Below, one piece after another: positions 29,908-40,110 of a stretch of DNA of 64,000 bases. Position 1 is the first letter of the stretch, and each line of letters starts with the position of its first letter. Below the pieces are notes generated by a model that saw nothing but the letters and a program-made list of their open reading frames with translations, was not told where the DNA came from and did no database searches. The position numbers were made by a program, and so were the translations under genes. The DNA comes from an uncultured Candidatus Binatia bacterium (GTDB lineage Bacteria; Desulfobacterota; Binatia; Bin18): NCBI GenBank assembly GCA_965200965.1, contig OZ241744.1, forward strand, positions 704,001 to 768,000. The letters are read 5' to 3'.

Positions 29908-31059
29908 ATGCCAGGCATTCTTGACGGTATTCGCATCTTTGATCTGAGCATTGCCGCGGTTGGCCCGTGGGCGGCCAAGCTGTTGGGCGAGTTGGGGGCC
30001 GATGTCATCAAGGTCGAAGCCCCGGGCGGGGAACTCTCGCACTCTATTCCGCCGCCGATCAAGGGTTCGGCGGTGCTCTATATCTCGGCCAATTTCAACA
30101 AGCGCCACATTGTCCTTGACCTCAAGCAGGAGGCTGACCGGGCGATTGCGCTGCAAATCATTGAAAAGAGCGATGTGTTCATCCAGAACATGCGGCCCGG
30201 AGCGATTGAGCGCCTCGGCCTTGGCTACGATGTGGTCTCGCCCATCAACCCGACGCTGATCTATGTCTCGGCTTCGGCCTACGGCAGCACCGGCCCGATG
30301 GCCAAAGAAGCCGGGGTTGACCCGACCGTCCAGGCGTTTTCCGGCTGGTGCAGCATCACCGGCCCCGCCGGCTCGCAGGGCGAGATGTTCCGGCATTTTG
30401 CCCATCTCGATATCAATACCAGCGCGATGATTGTCGAGGCGGTATTGCAAGCCCTGCTGGCCCGGGAGAAGACCGGCCGGGGACAGCATATTGAGATGGA
30501 GATGGTGTCGGCGGCCCTGTCGCTCCAAACCAGCCGCCTGGCCGAATATTTCGCCACCAGGCAACAGCCCCGGCCAATGGGCAGTGCGGTGACAACAACC
30601 GTCCCCCACCAAGCCTTTGGGTGCGAGGATCAGAAATATATTGCGGTCGGGGTGGTCAGCGAAGACCAGTGGCCACGCTTCTGCCGGGCGATCAAGGCCG
30701 AAGAACTGCGTAACGATCCGCGTTTTGCCACCAACCCCAAGCGGGTCAAGCACCGGCAAGCGCTGATCCCCATTCTCGAAGAACGTTTTCGGACCAAACC
30801 GGTCGCCTGGTGGGTAATTCGGCTGACCAAAGAGCGGGTGCCGAACAGCCGCATTCAGGACTTTGAGGCACTCCGCTATCACCCTCAGGTGCTGGAAAAC
30901 GAGCACATCGTCGATATGGACAGCCCCCACTGGGGCACCCTCAGCGTTGACGGCCTGCCGTGGAAGTTCAGCCACACCCCGGCCGGTCCGGTTCGACCCG
31001 GTGGGCTCAAGGGCGAGCATACCCGGGAAGTGCTGCGCGAGTTCGGCCTTGGAGACTAG
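29908..31059 (+). CDS. Family III (CaiB/BaiF) CoA-transferase, subunit retaining catalytic Asp
   Basis: [30 protein letters not shown]. Confidence 0.9.
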   Translation: MPGILDGIRIFDLSIAAVGPWAAKLLGELGADVIKVEAPGGELSHSIPPPIKGSAVLYISANFNKRHIVLDLKQEADRAIALQIIEKSDVFIQNMRPGAIERLGLGYDVVSPINPTLIYVSASAYGSTGPMAKEAGVDPTVQAFSGWCSITGPAGSQGEMFRHFAHLDINTSAMIVEAVLQALLAREKTGRGQHIEMEMVSAALSLQTSRLAEYFATRQQPRPMGSAVTTTVPHQAFGCEDQKYIAVGVVSEDQWPRFCRAIKAEELRNDPRFATNPKRVKHRQALIPILEERFRTKPVAWWVIRLTKERVPNSRIQDFEALRYHPQVLENEHIVDMDSPHWGTLSVDGLPWKFSHTPAGPVRPGGLKGEHTREVLREFGLGD

Positions 31060-31064
31060 AGCGC

Positions 31065-32267
31065 ATGTCTGGCGCACTGTCCGGCTATCGCATTGTTGAC
31101 CTGACCCAGGGCTTGTGCGGCCCGTTTGGCGCGATGCGGCTGGGGGACGCCGGGGCCGAGGTCATCAAGCTGGAGCCGCTCGGCGGGGATGCGTCACGGG
31201 TCATGGGCCCGCCGTTCATAGGCCGGGACAGCGCCGTTTTTCTGAGTCTCAACCGCAATAAAAAAAGTCTGGCCCTCGATATCTGGACGGACGAGGGCCA
31301 GGAGATTGTGCGGCGGCTAGCAACGCAGGCGGATGTCGTGCTTGAGGACCTGGACCCGGACGAGGTGGAAAAGCTGGGGCTTGGCTACGCTGCCCTGCGG
31401 GTGCTCAACCCCCGGCTGGTCTACTGCGCGGTCAGCGCCTTTGGTGAAAAAGGGCCGCTGCGCACGCTGCCCGGGGCCGAGCTGGTGATTCAGGCTATGG
31501 CCGACTACACCAACTCGCTGGGCCGGATTGGCGAGCCGCCGGTGCGTTTGGGGACGGATGTGGCCAGCCTCAGCACCGGCGTGTTTATCTCTCAGGCGGT
31601 CACGGCCGGGCTGTTCCACCGGGTGCGCACAGGCCAGGGCCAGCGCGTCTCGGTCAGCATGTTGGGCACGCTGCTGCACATGCGGGGCATTCTGTGGACC
31701 TCCATGACCAACCCGGACGACTGGTACGGCTTCCATCTTGACAACTACACCAAACCGCCCGACGAGGGCTATAAGACCAAAGACGGCCAAGTCTTTTTCA
31801 GCCTGCGGCGGGGCAGCAGCGAAGACTGGGACCGGCTGCTGATTGCGCTCGGCATGGAGGACTGCCTGGCCGACCCCCGTTTTGACGACTTTGGGCGCGA
31901 AGCGACCGGGGTGGGCCGCTATGTAGCCGAGGTCAAGCCGCTCTGGGAGCGCGCCTTTGCCCAGCGCAGCAACGCCGAAATCGTCCGGCTCATTCACGAG
32001 TTTCAGGGCGACGCGGTACCGTTTACCACCTACCCGAACGTGTTTGACCATCCCCAGGTCAAAGCCTTGGATGTGGTGCGCCAGATTGCGCGTCCGGGTG
32101 CCGAGCCGTTTGAGACGATTGGGCCGGTGTGGCGTTTTTCAGACACCCCGGCCGCGGTGCAGGGCCCGCCCCCTGGCCTCGGCCAGCACACCGACGAGAT
32201 TCTGGGCGAACTGGGCTACAGCGCGGACGATATCCAGCGCCTAAAAGCCGCCTCTATTGTTGCCTGA
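31065..32267 (+). CDS. Family III (CaiB/BaiF) CoA-transferase, degenerate subunit
   Basis: GAEVIKLE, NRNKKS, GQHT; Ser aligns with the catalytic Asp position (VASLSTG). Confidence 0.88.
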   Translation: MSGALSGYRIVDLTQGLCGPFGAMRLGDAGAEVIKLEPLGGDASRVMGPPFIGRDSAVFLSLNRNKKSLALDIWTDEGQEIVRRLATQADVVLEDLDPDEVEKLGLGYAALRVLNPRLVYCAVSAFGEKGPLRTLPGAELVIQAMADYTNSLGRIGEPPVRLGTDVASLSTGVFISQAVTAGLFHRVRTGQGQRVSVSMLGTLLHMRGILWTSMTNPDDWYGFHLDNYTKPPDEGYKTKDGQVFFSLRRGSSEDWDRLLIALGMEDCLADPRFDDFGREATGVGRYVAEVKPLWERAFAQRSNAEIVRLIHEFQGDAVPFTTYPNVFDHPQVKALDVVRQIARPGAEPFETIGPVWRFSDTPAAVQGPPPGLGQHTDEILGELGYSADDIQRLKAASIVA

Positions 32268-34094
32268 CCGGTTCTCCACAAACGGCTCGCAGGCCGCCCG
32301 CAGCCAAGCCCGGTCTTCGTCGCCAAGCAGGGGGCCGATGGCGTCAAGCACCTGCCGATGATAGTCGGCCAGCCAGCCGCGGTCGGTCTGGCTGAGCTGC
32401 TCCCAGTCAATCAGGCGGTGGTCAAACGGAATCAGGGTCAGCGTCTCCAGTTGGAGCCATTTTTTGCCGCTGGGGTGCTCGGGCAGGCTGTTGTCGGGTG
32501 TGATGACGTACAGGTTTTCGAGCCGAATCCCGCCCCAGCCAGCCTCGTAATAGCCGGGTTCGTTGGAGATAATCATGCCGGCTTGGAGGGCTTCGTCGCT
32601 GCCGCGGGGGGCGACCCGCTGGGGGCCTTCGTGGACATTGAGCAGCGCCCCGACCCCGTGCCCGGTACCGTGGCCGTAGTCAAGGCCGACGTTCCACATC
32701 TGGCCGCGGGTCAGGGCGTCCAGGGCCACGCCGCCCGTGCCTTCGGGAAACTTCTGGCGCGCCAACTCGACATGACAGCGCAGGACCAGGGTATACAGCT
32801 GCTGTTGGCGAGCGGTTGGCGTGCCAAGGCAGATCGTCCGGGTGTCATCGGTCGTGCCAGCCCCCATCTGGGCACCGGAGTCAACGAGCAGCAACTCGCC
32901 GTCCTGGAGGGCCGCCTCATCGTTAGCCCCGCCATAGTGGACAATCGCCCCGTTGGCCCCGACCGCAGCAATAGTGGCAAAACTCAGCTCGCGAAACCCG
33001 GCTTCGCGGGCGTATTCGTCGTGCAAGATCTGGGCATACGCCTTTTCGCTCATCGGCCGCCCCGCGGCCCGCATCCGTTCCATGCGTGCCAGGCTGCGGA
33101 TCTTGGCCGCCGCGGCGCGTTGATGAGCTTGGCGGCTGCCGGCCAGCTCAACCTCGTTTTTGAGCGCCTTCATCAGCACGACCGGGTTGCGCGCCTCGTA
33201 CACCTGGCGGCCCTCGGGCAGGAGCAGGCGGGTGCCCATAGTCGTGCCGGCCGGGTCGAGCCAGATTTTTCCGGCCGGGCTTTTGCTGATGCGCCGCAGC
33301 GTCTCGGTGTAGACCTCATACGGGGCAAAGCTCATGTCTGGGGCCAGGGCGGCCTGAATTTCGGGTGCAGGGCTGAGGCGGGTAAAACACGTTGCCCGTT
33401 CCTGCTCAAGTACGCAGTAGGACTCAAAGACCGGGTTATACGACACGTCGCTGCCGCGCAGATTGCTCAGCCAGGCAATCTCGTCGAGCCTGCTCAGGAC
33501 CAGAACCGTCACCTCCTGCTCGGCCATTTTTTCTCGTACCGCGGCCAGCTTATCGGCCACCGAACGGCCGGTGTCGGCCTCCGGCAGCAGGTCGATCGGC
33601 TGGCAAGGGGCTGGGGGTCGGTCCTGCCAGACCGCATCAACCAGATTGCCGCCAATCGGCACCAGGGCCGAAGCCCCAGACTTGAGTGCCCGGCTGTAGG
33701 CGGCGTACATCTCCATTGCCATAACAAACGGATCATAGCCGACCCGTAGGCTGCCGCGCTCTTTTTCCATTTCGCCCAGCCACTCGCTCAGCGTCTTCTC
33801 GCCCTCCATGCCCACCTTGTGAACCCGAAACAGGGTCGGATCGACTTCCTGTTCGGCCTGCAAGTAATAGCGCGAGTCCACAAACACATGATTGCCGTGG
33901 GGGCTTATCAGGGCATCGCCGGCCGAGCCGGTGAAATTGCTCATGGCGGCCCGGCGTTGCTGATAGGCCGGGACATATTCGTTGAGGTGGCAATCCGAGG
34001 ATGGCACCAGGTAGGCATCAACCCGGGCGTCCTGGAGACGCTGACATAGGGCGGCGACCCGCCCGGCGATCTGCTCCCTGGTCATGCTATCCAA
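32241..34094 (-). CDS. Aminopeptidase P (M24B, creatinase N-terminal domains)
   Basis: NFTGSAG, DSGAQ..GTTD.TRT, HGTGHGVG..LNVHEGP, SNEPGYY, GIRLEN. Confidence 0.95.
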   Translation of the reverse strand: MDSMTREQIAGRVAALCQRLQDARVDAYLVPSSDCHLNEYVPAYQQRRAAMSNFTGSAGDALISPHGNHVFVDSRYYLQAEQEVDPTLFRVHKVGMEGEKTLSEWLGEMEKERGSLRVGYDPFVMAMEMYAAYSRALKSGASALVPIGGNLVDAVWQDRPPAPCQPIDLLPEADTGRSVADKLAAVREKMAEQEVTVLVLSRLDEIAWLSNLRGSDVSYNPVFESYCVLEQERATCFTRLSPAPEIQAALAPDMSFAPYEVYTETLRRISKSPAGKIWLDPAGTTMGTRLLLPEGRQVYEARNPVVLMKALKNEVELAGSRQAHQRAAAAKIRSLARMERMRAAGRPMSEKAYAQILHDEYAREAGFRELSFATIAAVGANGAIVHYGGANDEAALQDGELLLVDSGAQMGAGTTDDTRTICLGTPTARQQQLYTLVLRCHVELARQKFPEGTGGVALDALTRGQMWNVGLDYGHGTGHGVGALLNVHEGPQRVAPRGSDEALQAGMIISNEPGYYEAGWGGIRLENLYVITPDNSLPEHPSGKKWLQLETLTLIPFDHRLIDWEQLSQTDRGWLADYHRQVLDAIGPLLGDEDRAWLRAACEPFVENRSGNNRGGF

Positions 34095-34139
34095 GACGCG
34101 CCCTCCTTAGTTCTGTCGTGCGATATGGGCCGGCGTGCC

Positions 34140-34967
34140 TCAGTGCTCTTCAAGCGGCTCGTAGTCCGGGATGCGGTGGTCCATCTCCAGGGCCGGGTGG
34201 CTTTTGGCGCAGCGGCCGACGATTTTGGCCGGCACACCGGCCACCGTGCAGCCGGCCGGCACATCGCTCAGCACAACGCTGCCGGCACCGACCTTGGCAT
34301 CCGCGCCGACCTCAACATTGCCCAGAATTTTGGCCCCGGCGCTGATCAGCACACCGGTCCGAATTTTGGGGTGGCGGTCGCCGCCCTCCTTGCCGGTGCC
34401 GCCTAGGGTGACTTCCTGGAGCATGGACACCTCGTCTTCTACCACCGCGGTTTCACCGATGACCAAGCTCGTGCCGTGGTCAATAAACACGCCCGAGCCG
34501 ATGCGGGCCGCGGGGTGGATATCGACTCCAAACACCTCAGAGATGCGGTTCTGAAAACAGAAGGCCAGGGTCTGGCGGTCCTGGGTCCACAGCCAGTGGG
34601 CAACCCGGTAGGCTTCGAGGGCGTGCAGACCCTTGTAGTACAGCAGGGGGACGAGATAGGACGAGCAGGCCGGGTCACGCTCGCGCGCACCACGAATATC
34701 GGCCCGAATCGCCCGGCCAATGGTGGCGTCTTCCAGCATCGCCTCAATGATGATGTCGCGCAGCGACATGGACGGCAGGTTCAGGTTGGTCAGCTTGCCG
34801 GCCAGATGAAAGCTCAGGGCTTCCTCCAGCGAGGAGTGGTTGAGGATGATCGAGTGCAGAAAGCTGGCCAGAACCGGCTCGTGCTCCTCTTCTCGCGCGG
34901 CCTCTTGCCGAACCGTCCGCCAGACCCAGTCGCCGCTCAGGGTGTTGCGTTTGACAGCCAGTGCCAT
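34140..34967 (-). CDS. cysE: Serine O-acetyltransferase
   Basis: RDPAC, VDIHPAA.IG, DHGT, TLGGTGKEGGDRHPK. Confidence 0.96.
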   Translation of the reverse strand: MALAVKRNTLSGDWVWRTVRQEAAREEEHEPVLASFLHSIILNHSSLEEALSFHLAGKLTNLNLPSMSLRDIIIEAMLEDATIGRAIRADIRGARERDPACSSYLVPLLYYKGLHALEAYRVAHWLWTQDRQTLAFCFQNRISEVFGVDIHPAARIGSGVFIDHGTSLVIGETAVVEDEVSMLQEVTLGGTGKEGGDRHPKIRTGVLISAGAKILGNVEVGADAKVGAGSVVLSDVPAGCTVAGVPAKIVGRCAKSHPALEMDHRIPDYEPLEEH

Positions 34968-35008
34968 GCCTCTCCTGTAGCCTGAACGCCGGGCAAGGAC
35001 AAGTAGCC

Positions 35009-35776
35009 TTACAAGCGACTCAACACCCCGCCCTCCAGCCACAGCGTTTGGCCGGTGATAAAACCAGAGCGGTCTGAGGCAAAGCTCAGGACCGCGGCGG
35101 CAATATCCTGGGGGTGAGCCAGACGTTTGTGGGGGATGTAGCGGCTGAGTTGTTGCTTGACCGCGTCGTCCTCAATCATGGCCATGCCCTCGGTCCAGCC
35201 GGCCCCGATGGCGTTGACGGTGATGCCTTGGCGGGCCCATTCCTGGGACAGGGCCCGGGTCAGGTTGAGCACACCGGCTTGGGCGGCACAGTAGGCACTC
35301 CCGTTGGCCATGCCGCGTTGGCCAAGCACAGACACAAGGTTGATAATCCGACCGTATTGCTGAGACAGCATCGGGCCGGCGGCCGCCCGACAGCTCAGGT
35401 ATACGCCACTCAGGTTGACGGCCAGCACCCGGTTCCACTCGGCCAGCGAACTGTGCTGGATGGGCTTGGCAAAGGCCAGGTCCGGGGCGTTGACCAGGAT
35501 GTCGAGGCTGCCCAGTGCAGATACGGTGCGCTCAACAAGGGCGTTCACGTCGCGCTCGCTGGTGATGTCAAGCGTCTGGGCAAAGCCTGCCCGGCCCATA
35601 TCACGAATCGTGTTCTCGCAGGTCTGGAGCGCGGCCAGCTCACGCGGCAAGGGCAGGCTGGTAGACAGGGCGGTCCTGGCCCCGGCCCCGGCCAACGCCA
35701 GGGCCAAGGCACCCCCAATCGGCGTAGAAGCACCGACGATCAGAGCAGATTTGCCGGCCAGCGAAAAGGCGCTCAT
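35009..35776 (-). CDS. Degenerate SDR oxidoreductase
   Basis: SDR fold but VGASTPIG, VNAPD and YCAAQ replace TGxxxGxG, NNAG and YxxxK. Confidence 0.85.
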   Translation of the reverse strand: MSAFSLAGKSALIVGASTPIGGALALALAGAGARTALSTSLPLPRELAALQTCENTIRDMGRAGFAQTLDITSERDVNALVERTVSALGSLDILVNAPDLAFAKPIQHSSLAEWNRVLAVNLSGVYLSCRAAAGPMLSQQYGRIINLVSVLGQRGMANGSAYCAAQAGVLNLTRALSQEWARQGITVNAIGAGWTEGMAMIEDDAVKQQLSRYIPHKRLAHPQDIAAAVLSFASDRSGFITGQTLWLEGGVLSRL

Positions 35777-36588
35777 TGCTGCTCTCCTTCCAACGCCACC
35801 AGCGGGGCAAAGCCGGTCGGGACCTGACCGCCGGCCAGGCCGCCGCCTTCGGTGCAGATCATTTCCCCGTTCATGTAGTTGGAGGCGTCTGAGGCCAGGA
35901 ACACGCACAGATGGCCCAGTTCTTCGTCTTTGCCTACCCGACCGACCGGAATGAACTTGCCGCCCTGCCAGAATTTGACCAGGGCCGGGTCATCGTGGGG
36001 AAAAATGCCCGGCATGATGAGGTTGGTCTGGATATTTTTATCGGCATAGTTCATGGCCATGCAGCGGGTGAAGTTGTTGAGCCCGGCCTTGGCCGCGGTG
36101 TACATGAAGTTATACTTGGTGGCCCGGACGCCAAGCCCGGAGGTGATGTTGATGATCTTGCCACCACCCTGTGTGAGCATATGCGGGATGACCGCCCGGC
36201 AGCAAAAGACCGCACCGGTCAGATTGGTATCAATGCCTGTGTGCCACTCCTCGTCGCTGATGTCTTCCAGGGGCTTGTTCCACCCCCGGCTGGCCCCGCC
36301 GGCGTTGTTGACCAGTACGTTAATCCGCCCGAACTCGGCCAGGCTGGCATTGACCATCGCCTGGACCGAAGCGGAGTCGGTGATATCCACCGGCACGGCC
36401 AGACAGCGCCGGCCGGTGGCCCGGATCATCGCCGCCGTTTCCTCAATCTGTGCTGCGGTCCGGGCCGCGGCCACCAAGTCGGCCCCGGCCGCAGCCAGCT
36501 CAAGGGCCATTGCCCGGCCTAAGCCTCGTCCGGCCCCGGTCATGATAATCAGCTTGCCGTCCAGGCGAAATCTGTCCAGTACACCCAT
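35773..36588 (-). CDS. SDR oxidoreductase
   Basis: TGAGRGLG, NNAG, YTAAK. Confidence 0.92.
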   Translation of the reverse strand: MGVLDRFRLDGKLIIMTGAGRGLGRAMALELAAAGADLVAAARTAAQIEETAAMIRATGRRCLAVPVDITDSASVQAMVNASLAEFGRINVLVNNAGGASRGWNKPLEDISDEEWHTGIDTNLTGAVFCCRAVIPHMLTQGGGKIINITSGLGVRATKYNFMYTAAKAGLNNFTRCMAMNYADKNIQTNLIMPGIFPHDDPALVKFWQGGKFIPVGRVGKDEELGHLCVFLASDASNYMNGEMICTEGGGLAGGQVPTGFAPLVALEGEQQ

Positions 36589-36649
36589 TGCCTTGCCTCC
36601 TGTGGTCTGGCAGGACATGGCGCAATTGGTGTGATATTGCAAGAGCACG

Positions 36650-37321
36650 ATGGAGGCTGAAGACCAGACCTGGAGGACATTCATTGAGGGGCTGGTCTAT
36701 CCTGACGATCAAGCGCCGTGGCGGGCTGACCCGGCCTATGCCCTGATCCTGGACCATCCGGGGCTGCGCGACAGCGTCGGCGGCCATGTCGCGCCCGCAC
36801 TGCAACAGGCCCTCGGGCTGGTCAAAGCGCTGGCCCAGGTCGATGTGCTGGAAAGACTCCGGGCAAGCCGGCCGGCCTATGGGCTGTGTCTGGGGTTTGG
36901 TGCCAACGCGCTTGAACCCTGCGATGTGCTGACGGTTTTTGGGCTTGACCGGGTGCATGGCTATGAATGGATTGCTGCCCAGGTTGTTGAGGCGGCCCGG
37001 CTTTTCCACATGAAGCGGGCCGCAGATGCCCGGCTGGCGGACAAGCTCCGTCTGCATCACGCCACCGCCAGTGACCTCAGCGCCCTGGCCGACCGCTCAA
37101 TACAGGTGGTGTACACTGCCAATATGTTTAGTCGTGAGATTCCGATGAGCGCCAACACGTTTGAGCGGGCCGTCAAAGAGTTGCTGCGGGTCTTGGCCCC
37201 GGGCGGCTTTGTCTTCAGTCGCGGCTCGGCCGGCATCCTGGAAGGCCGGCTGGGGCAGGTGTGCCAAGCCCTGCTCAACAACCCCCTGGTGTCGGTCTTT
37301 CAGCGCCGTTCAGACATCTGA
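36650..37321 (+). CDS. Putative class I SAM-dependent methyltransferase-like protein
   Basis: LCLGFG, VHGYE, RVLAPGG patterns. Confidence 0.55.
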   Translation: MEAEDQTWRTFIEGLVYPDDQAPWRADPAYALILDHPGLRDSVGGHVAPALQQALGLVKALAQVDVLERLRASRPAYGLCLGFGANALEPCDVLTVFGLDRVHGYEWIAAQVVEAARLFHMKRAADARLADKLRLHHATASDLSALADRSIQVVYTANMFSREIPMSANTFERAVKELLRVLAPGGFVFSRGSAGILEGRLGQVCQALLNNPLVSVFQRRSDI

Positions 37322-37345
37322 GAGCGATCGGGGGGGAGGCTGGGG

Positions 37346-38161
37346 GTGAGGCGAACGGCTCTGGGGGCGATTGGCGGCGGGTTGGGGGCGGCTCTGCTGT
37401 GGTTGTTCGGCGCGCCGATCGACTGGATCAAGAACAGCCTGGTCTTTCACCCCGGCTCCAAGCTGACGAGCTCACCTGCCGAGTACGGCTTTGAGTACGA
37501 AGAACTGTGGTTCGGCGGAGCGGATGGACGGAGCTTGCACGGCTGGTATCTGCCGGGAAGTGGCTCGGCGCTGTTTGTGTGGTTTCACGGCAACGCCGGC
37601 AATATCGGCCACCGGCTTGACCACGCCCGGCTGCTGTCCGATCGGCTCGGGGTGGGGCATTTTCTGTTCGACTATCGGGGCTACGGCAACAGCCGGGGCC
37701 GGCCGACGATTCCGGGTTTTCTGGCCGACAGCCGGGACGCAGTTGCCCTGGTCAGAGAGAAGGGCTGGGCGGACGGCAAACTGCTGGTGTATGTCGGCGA
37801 ATCGCTCGGCTGTGCCGCGGCCGTTGCCGTCGGCATTGAGCGGCCGCCCGACCGGGCGATTCTCCTGGCTCCGTTCTACTCCTTGCGGGCAATGGGCGAT
37901 ATTGTCCTGCCGCCCCTGGCCTTTGTGGTGGACGATGAGCTGAACACGGCCCGGATCATCGGCCAGTTCCGCAGTCCGCTGCTGGTGGTGCATGGCACAG
38001 ACGACCGGGTTATTCCCTACCAGCAGGGCCGGGACCTGTTTGCCTTGGCCAGCCCGCCCAAACGTTTTCACCGTGTGGCCGGTGGCGGGCACGTCGATAT
38101 GCACCTGGTCGGCGGAGAGGCGTATGTTCAGGCGATTAGCGCGCTGCTGGCCGGACCCTAG
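37346..38161 (+). CDS. Membrane-anchored alpha/beta hydrolase
   Basis: FHGNAGN, DYRGYG, GESLG, HGTDD, GGGH. Confidence 0.9.
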   Translation: MRRTALGAIGGGLGAALLWLFGAPIDWIKNSLVFHPGSKLTSSPAEYGFEYEELWFGGADGRSLHGWYLPGSGSALFVWFHGNAGNIGHRLDHARLLSDRLGVGHFLFDYRGYGNSRGRPTIPGFLADSRDAVALVREKGWADGKLLVYVGESLGCAAAVAVGIERPPDRAILLAPFYSLRAMGDIVLPPLAFVVDDELNTARIIGQFRSPLLVVHGTDDRVIPYQQGRDLFALASPPKRFHRVAGGGHVDMHLVGGEAYVQAISALLAGP

Positions 38162-38162
38162 A

Positions 38163-39821
38163 TCAGTCCGTCCCGGTCATTGCCGGGCCGTCGGGCCGCG
38201 GACTCAGGGTTTCTCCCTCGCTGCTGGCCACCACACAGGTGACGGTCAGGTCGCCGGTGACATTGACCGCGGTCCGACACATGTCCAGCAGCCGATCAAT
38301 GCCCAGGATGAGGGCGAGGCCGGCCATCGGCACGCCGATGGTGGTCAGCACCAGGGCCAGGGTAATCATACCGGCCCCGGGCACGCCGGCTGCCCCGATG
38401 GAGGCCATTGTGGCGGTCAGCACAATGCTGAGTTGGGCTTGCAGGGAGAGGTCGAGCTGAAACACCTGGGCAATGAACACCGCGGCTACGCCCTGATACA
38501 GGGCCGTGCCGTCCATATTGACGGTCGAGCCGAGGGGCAGCACAAAACTGGCGACCGGATTGCTCACCCCCAGCCGCTCTTCGGCACACTGGAGCGAAAC
38601 GGGCAGGGTGGCCGAGGACGACGAGGTTGAGAAGGCGATCAGCTGGGCTTGGCGGATGGACCGCATGAAGCTGAGCCACGGCAGCCTGACCACAACATGG
38701 ACCAGCCCGCCATAGATGACCCCGGCGTGAATGGCCAGACCGAGCACAACGGTCAGGCCGTAGGCCAGCAGGGCCGAGAGGACGCTCAAGCCGCTCAGGC
38801 CGACCACCTCGGCCACCAGGGCGGCGACTCCAAACGGGGCCAGCCGCATCACCTGTTCAATGACGACGATCATGGCGTCCTGAACCCGTTCAAAAAAGCG
38901 GACGACCGGCTGTGAGCGGTGTTCCTGTGCGGTCTCATCCTGCCCGAGCAGGGTCAGGGCAATGCCGAAGACAATGGCGAAGAAGATGATCTGCAACATA
39001 TTGCCCTCGGTCAGTGCGGCCGCCGGGTTGGTGGGGATAATCGACAGCACGGTGTCAATTGTTGAGGGCGCACCGGCCGCGGCCGAAACCCGGCTGCCGG
39101 CCGCAGCGTCAAACTGGGCCAGCAGCGACACCCGGTCGGCCTCGTTCAGGAAGGCCCCGGGCTGGATGATGTTGGCGCAGATCAGGCCGATGGTCACAGC
39201 CAGGGCGGTCGTGGCCAGATACAGCCCCAGGGTCTTGCTGCCCAGCCGGCCGAGCTTGCGGACATCGCCCAGGCTGGCAACGCCGACCAACAGCGAGGCA
39301 AACACCAGCGGCACAATCACCATGCGGATGAGGCGCAGGAAGAGCGCGCCTACCGGTCGCAGCCAGGCGATCAGGCTGTCACCAAAGGCGCTGATCGGCT
39401 GGGGGGACAGGGCAAAGCCGCCGCCGGCCAGCGGCTCGGCCGTGATTCGCAGCCAGCCCTTGACCGGCTGACCCGGTTGCGGCCTGCCGAGGGCGGCGTG
39501 GAGTGAGCCCGAGGCGTCGTGCAGGACCAGCGAGCGGCTCCACACAACATAACCCCTGGCCCAGACCGGCAGATCGTGTGCTTGGCCGTTGGCGTCGAGG
39601 CGGACCTCGGTCAGCGTTGCTTCGGCCACAAAGCGCAGAGCGGCCCCGGCCGGCAGGCTGATCTGTGAGTCCGGCTCATCCCGGTCGCGCTGAAAATGGG
39701 CCTGCGAGGCATCAGCGATCGTATACAGGTTGGGGCTGAGGAGGGGCGAGTTCGGCCCCAGCGTGAGGCCGATGACCACCCCCACCACCATGCCGATCAG
39801 AATCTTGGTGTACAGTTGCAT
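38163..39821 (-). CDS. Dicarboxylate/amino acid:cation symporter (DAACS) with large loop insertion
   Basis: AFSTSSSSATLP, VNMDGT, IGAAGVPG, DMCRTAVNVTGD. Confidence 0.93.
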   Translation of the reverse strand: MQLYTKILIGMVVGVVIGLTLGPNSPLLSPNLYTIADASQAHFQRDRDEPDSQISLPAGAALRFVAEATLTEVRLDANGQAHDLPVWARGYVVWSRSLVLHDASGSLHAALGRPQPGQPVKGWLRITAEPLAGGGFALSPQPISAFGDSLIAWLRPVGALFLRLIRMVIVPLVFASLLVGVASLGDVRKLGRLGSKTLGLYLATTALAVTIGLICANIIQPGAFLNEADRVSLLAQFDAAAGSRVSAAAGAPSTIDTVLSIIPTNPAAALTEGNMLQIIFFAIVFGIALTLLGQDETAQEHRSQPVVRFFERVQDAMIVVIEQVMRLAPFGVAALVAEVVGLSGLSVLSALLAYGLTVVLGLAIHAGVIYGGLVHVVVRLPWLSFMRSIRQAQLIAFSTSSSSATLPVSLQCAEERLGVSNPVASFVLPLGSTVNMDGTALYQGVAAVFIAQVFQLDLSLQAQLSIVLTATMASIGAAGVPGAGMITLALVLTTIGVPMAGLALILGIDRLLDMCRTAVNVTGDLTVTCVVASSEGETLSPRPDGPAMTGTD

Positions 39822-40110
39822 AGCGCAGCAGCATAGCCCCGGCCGCTTGGCTGACGCAAGGTCGCGCCTATTGACACCAGGACCGGACTTCCGCCAGGGA
39901 GGACGCTGCCGCTATCCACCCATTGCTGCGATACGCCGGGCCATCCCTGTCAATTTTGCTCCAATAGAACCCCCCGAAGCAGAGAGGTGAGAGGAACGCA
40001 GGTCGGGTGGACGCCGGAGCCCGTTATCCGACGCTATGCGGGAGCCTCCTTATGCGGAGGCAGATAACTGTGCTGGCACCAGGGCTTGCCCCTCCGTCTA
40101 CAGGCCGCCT

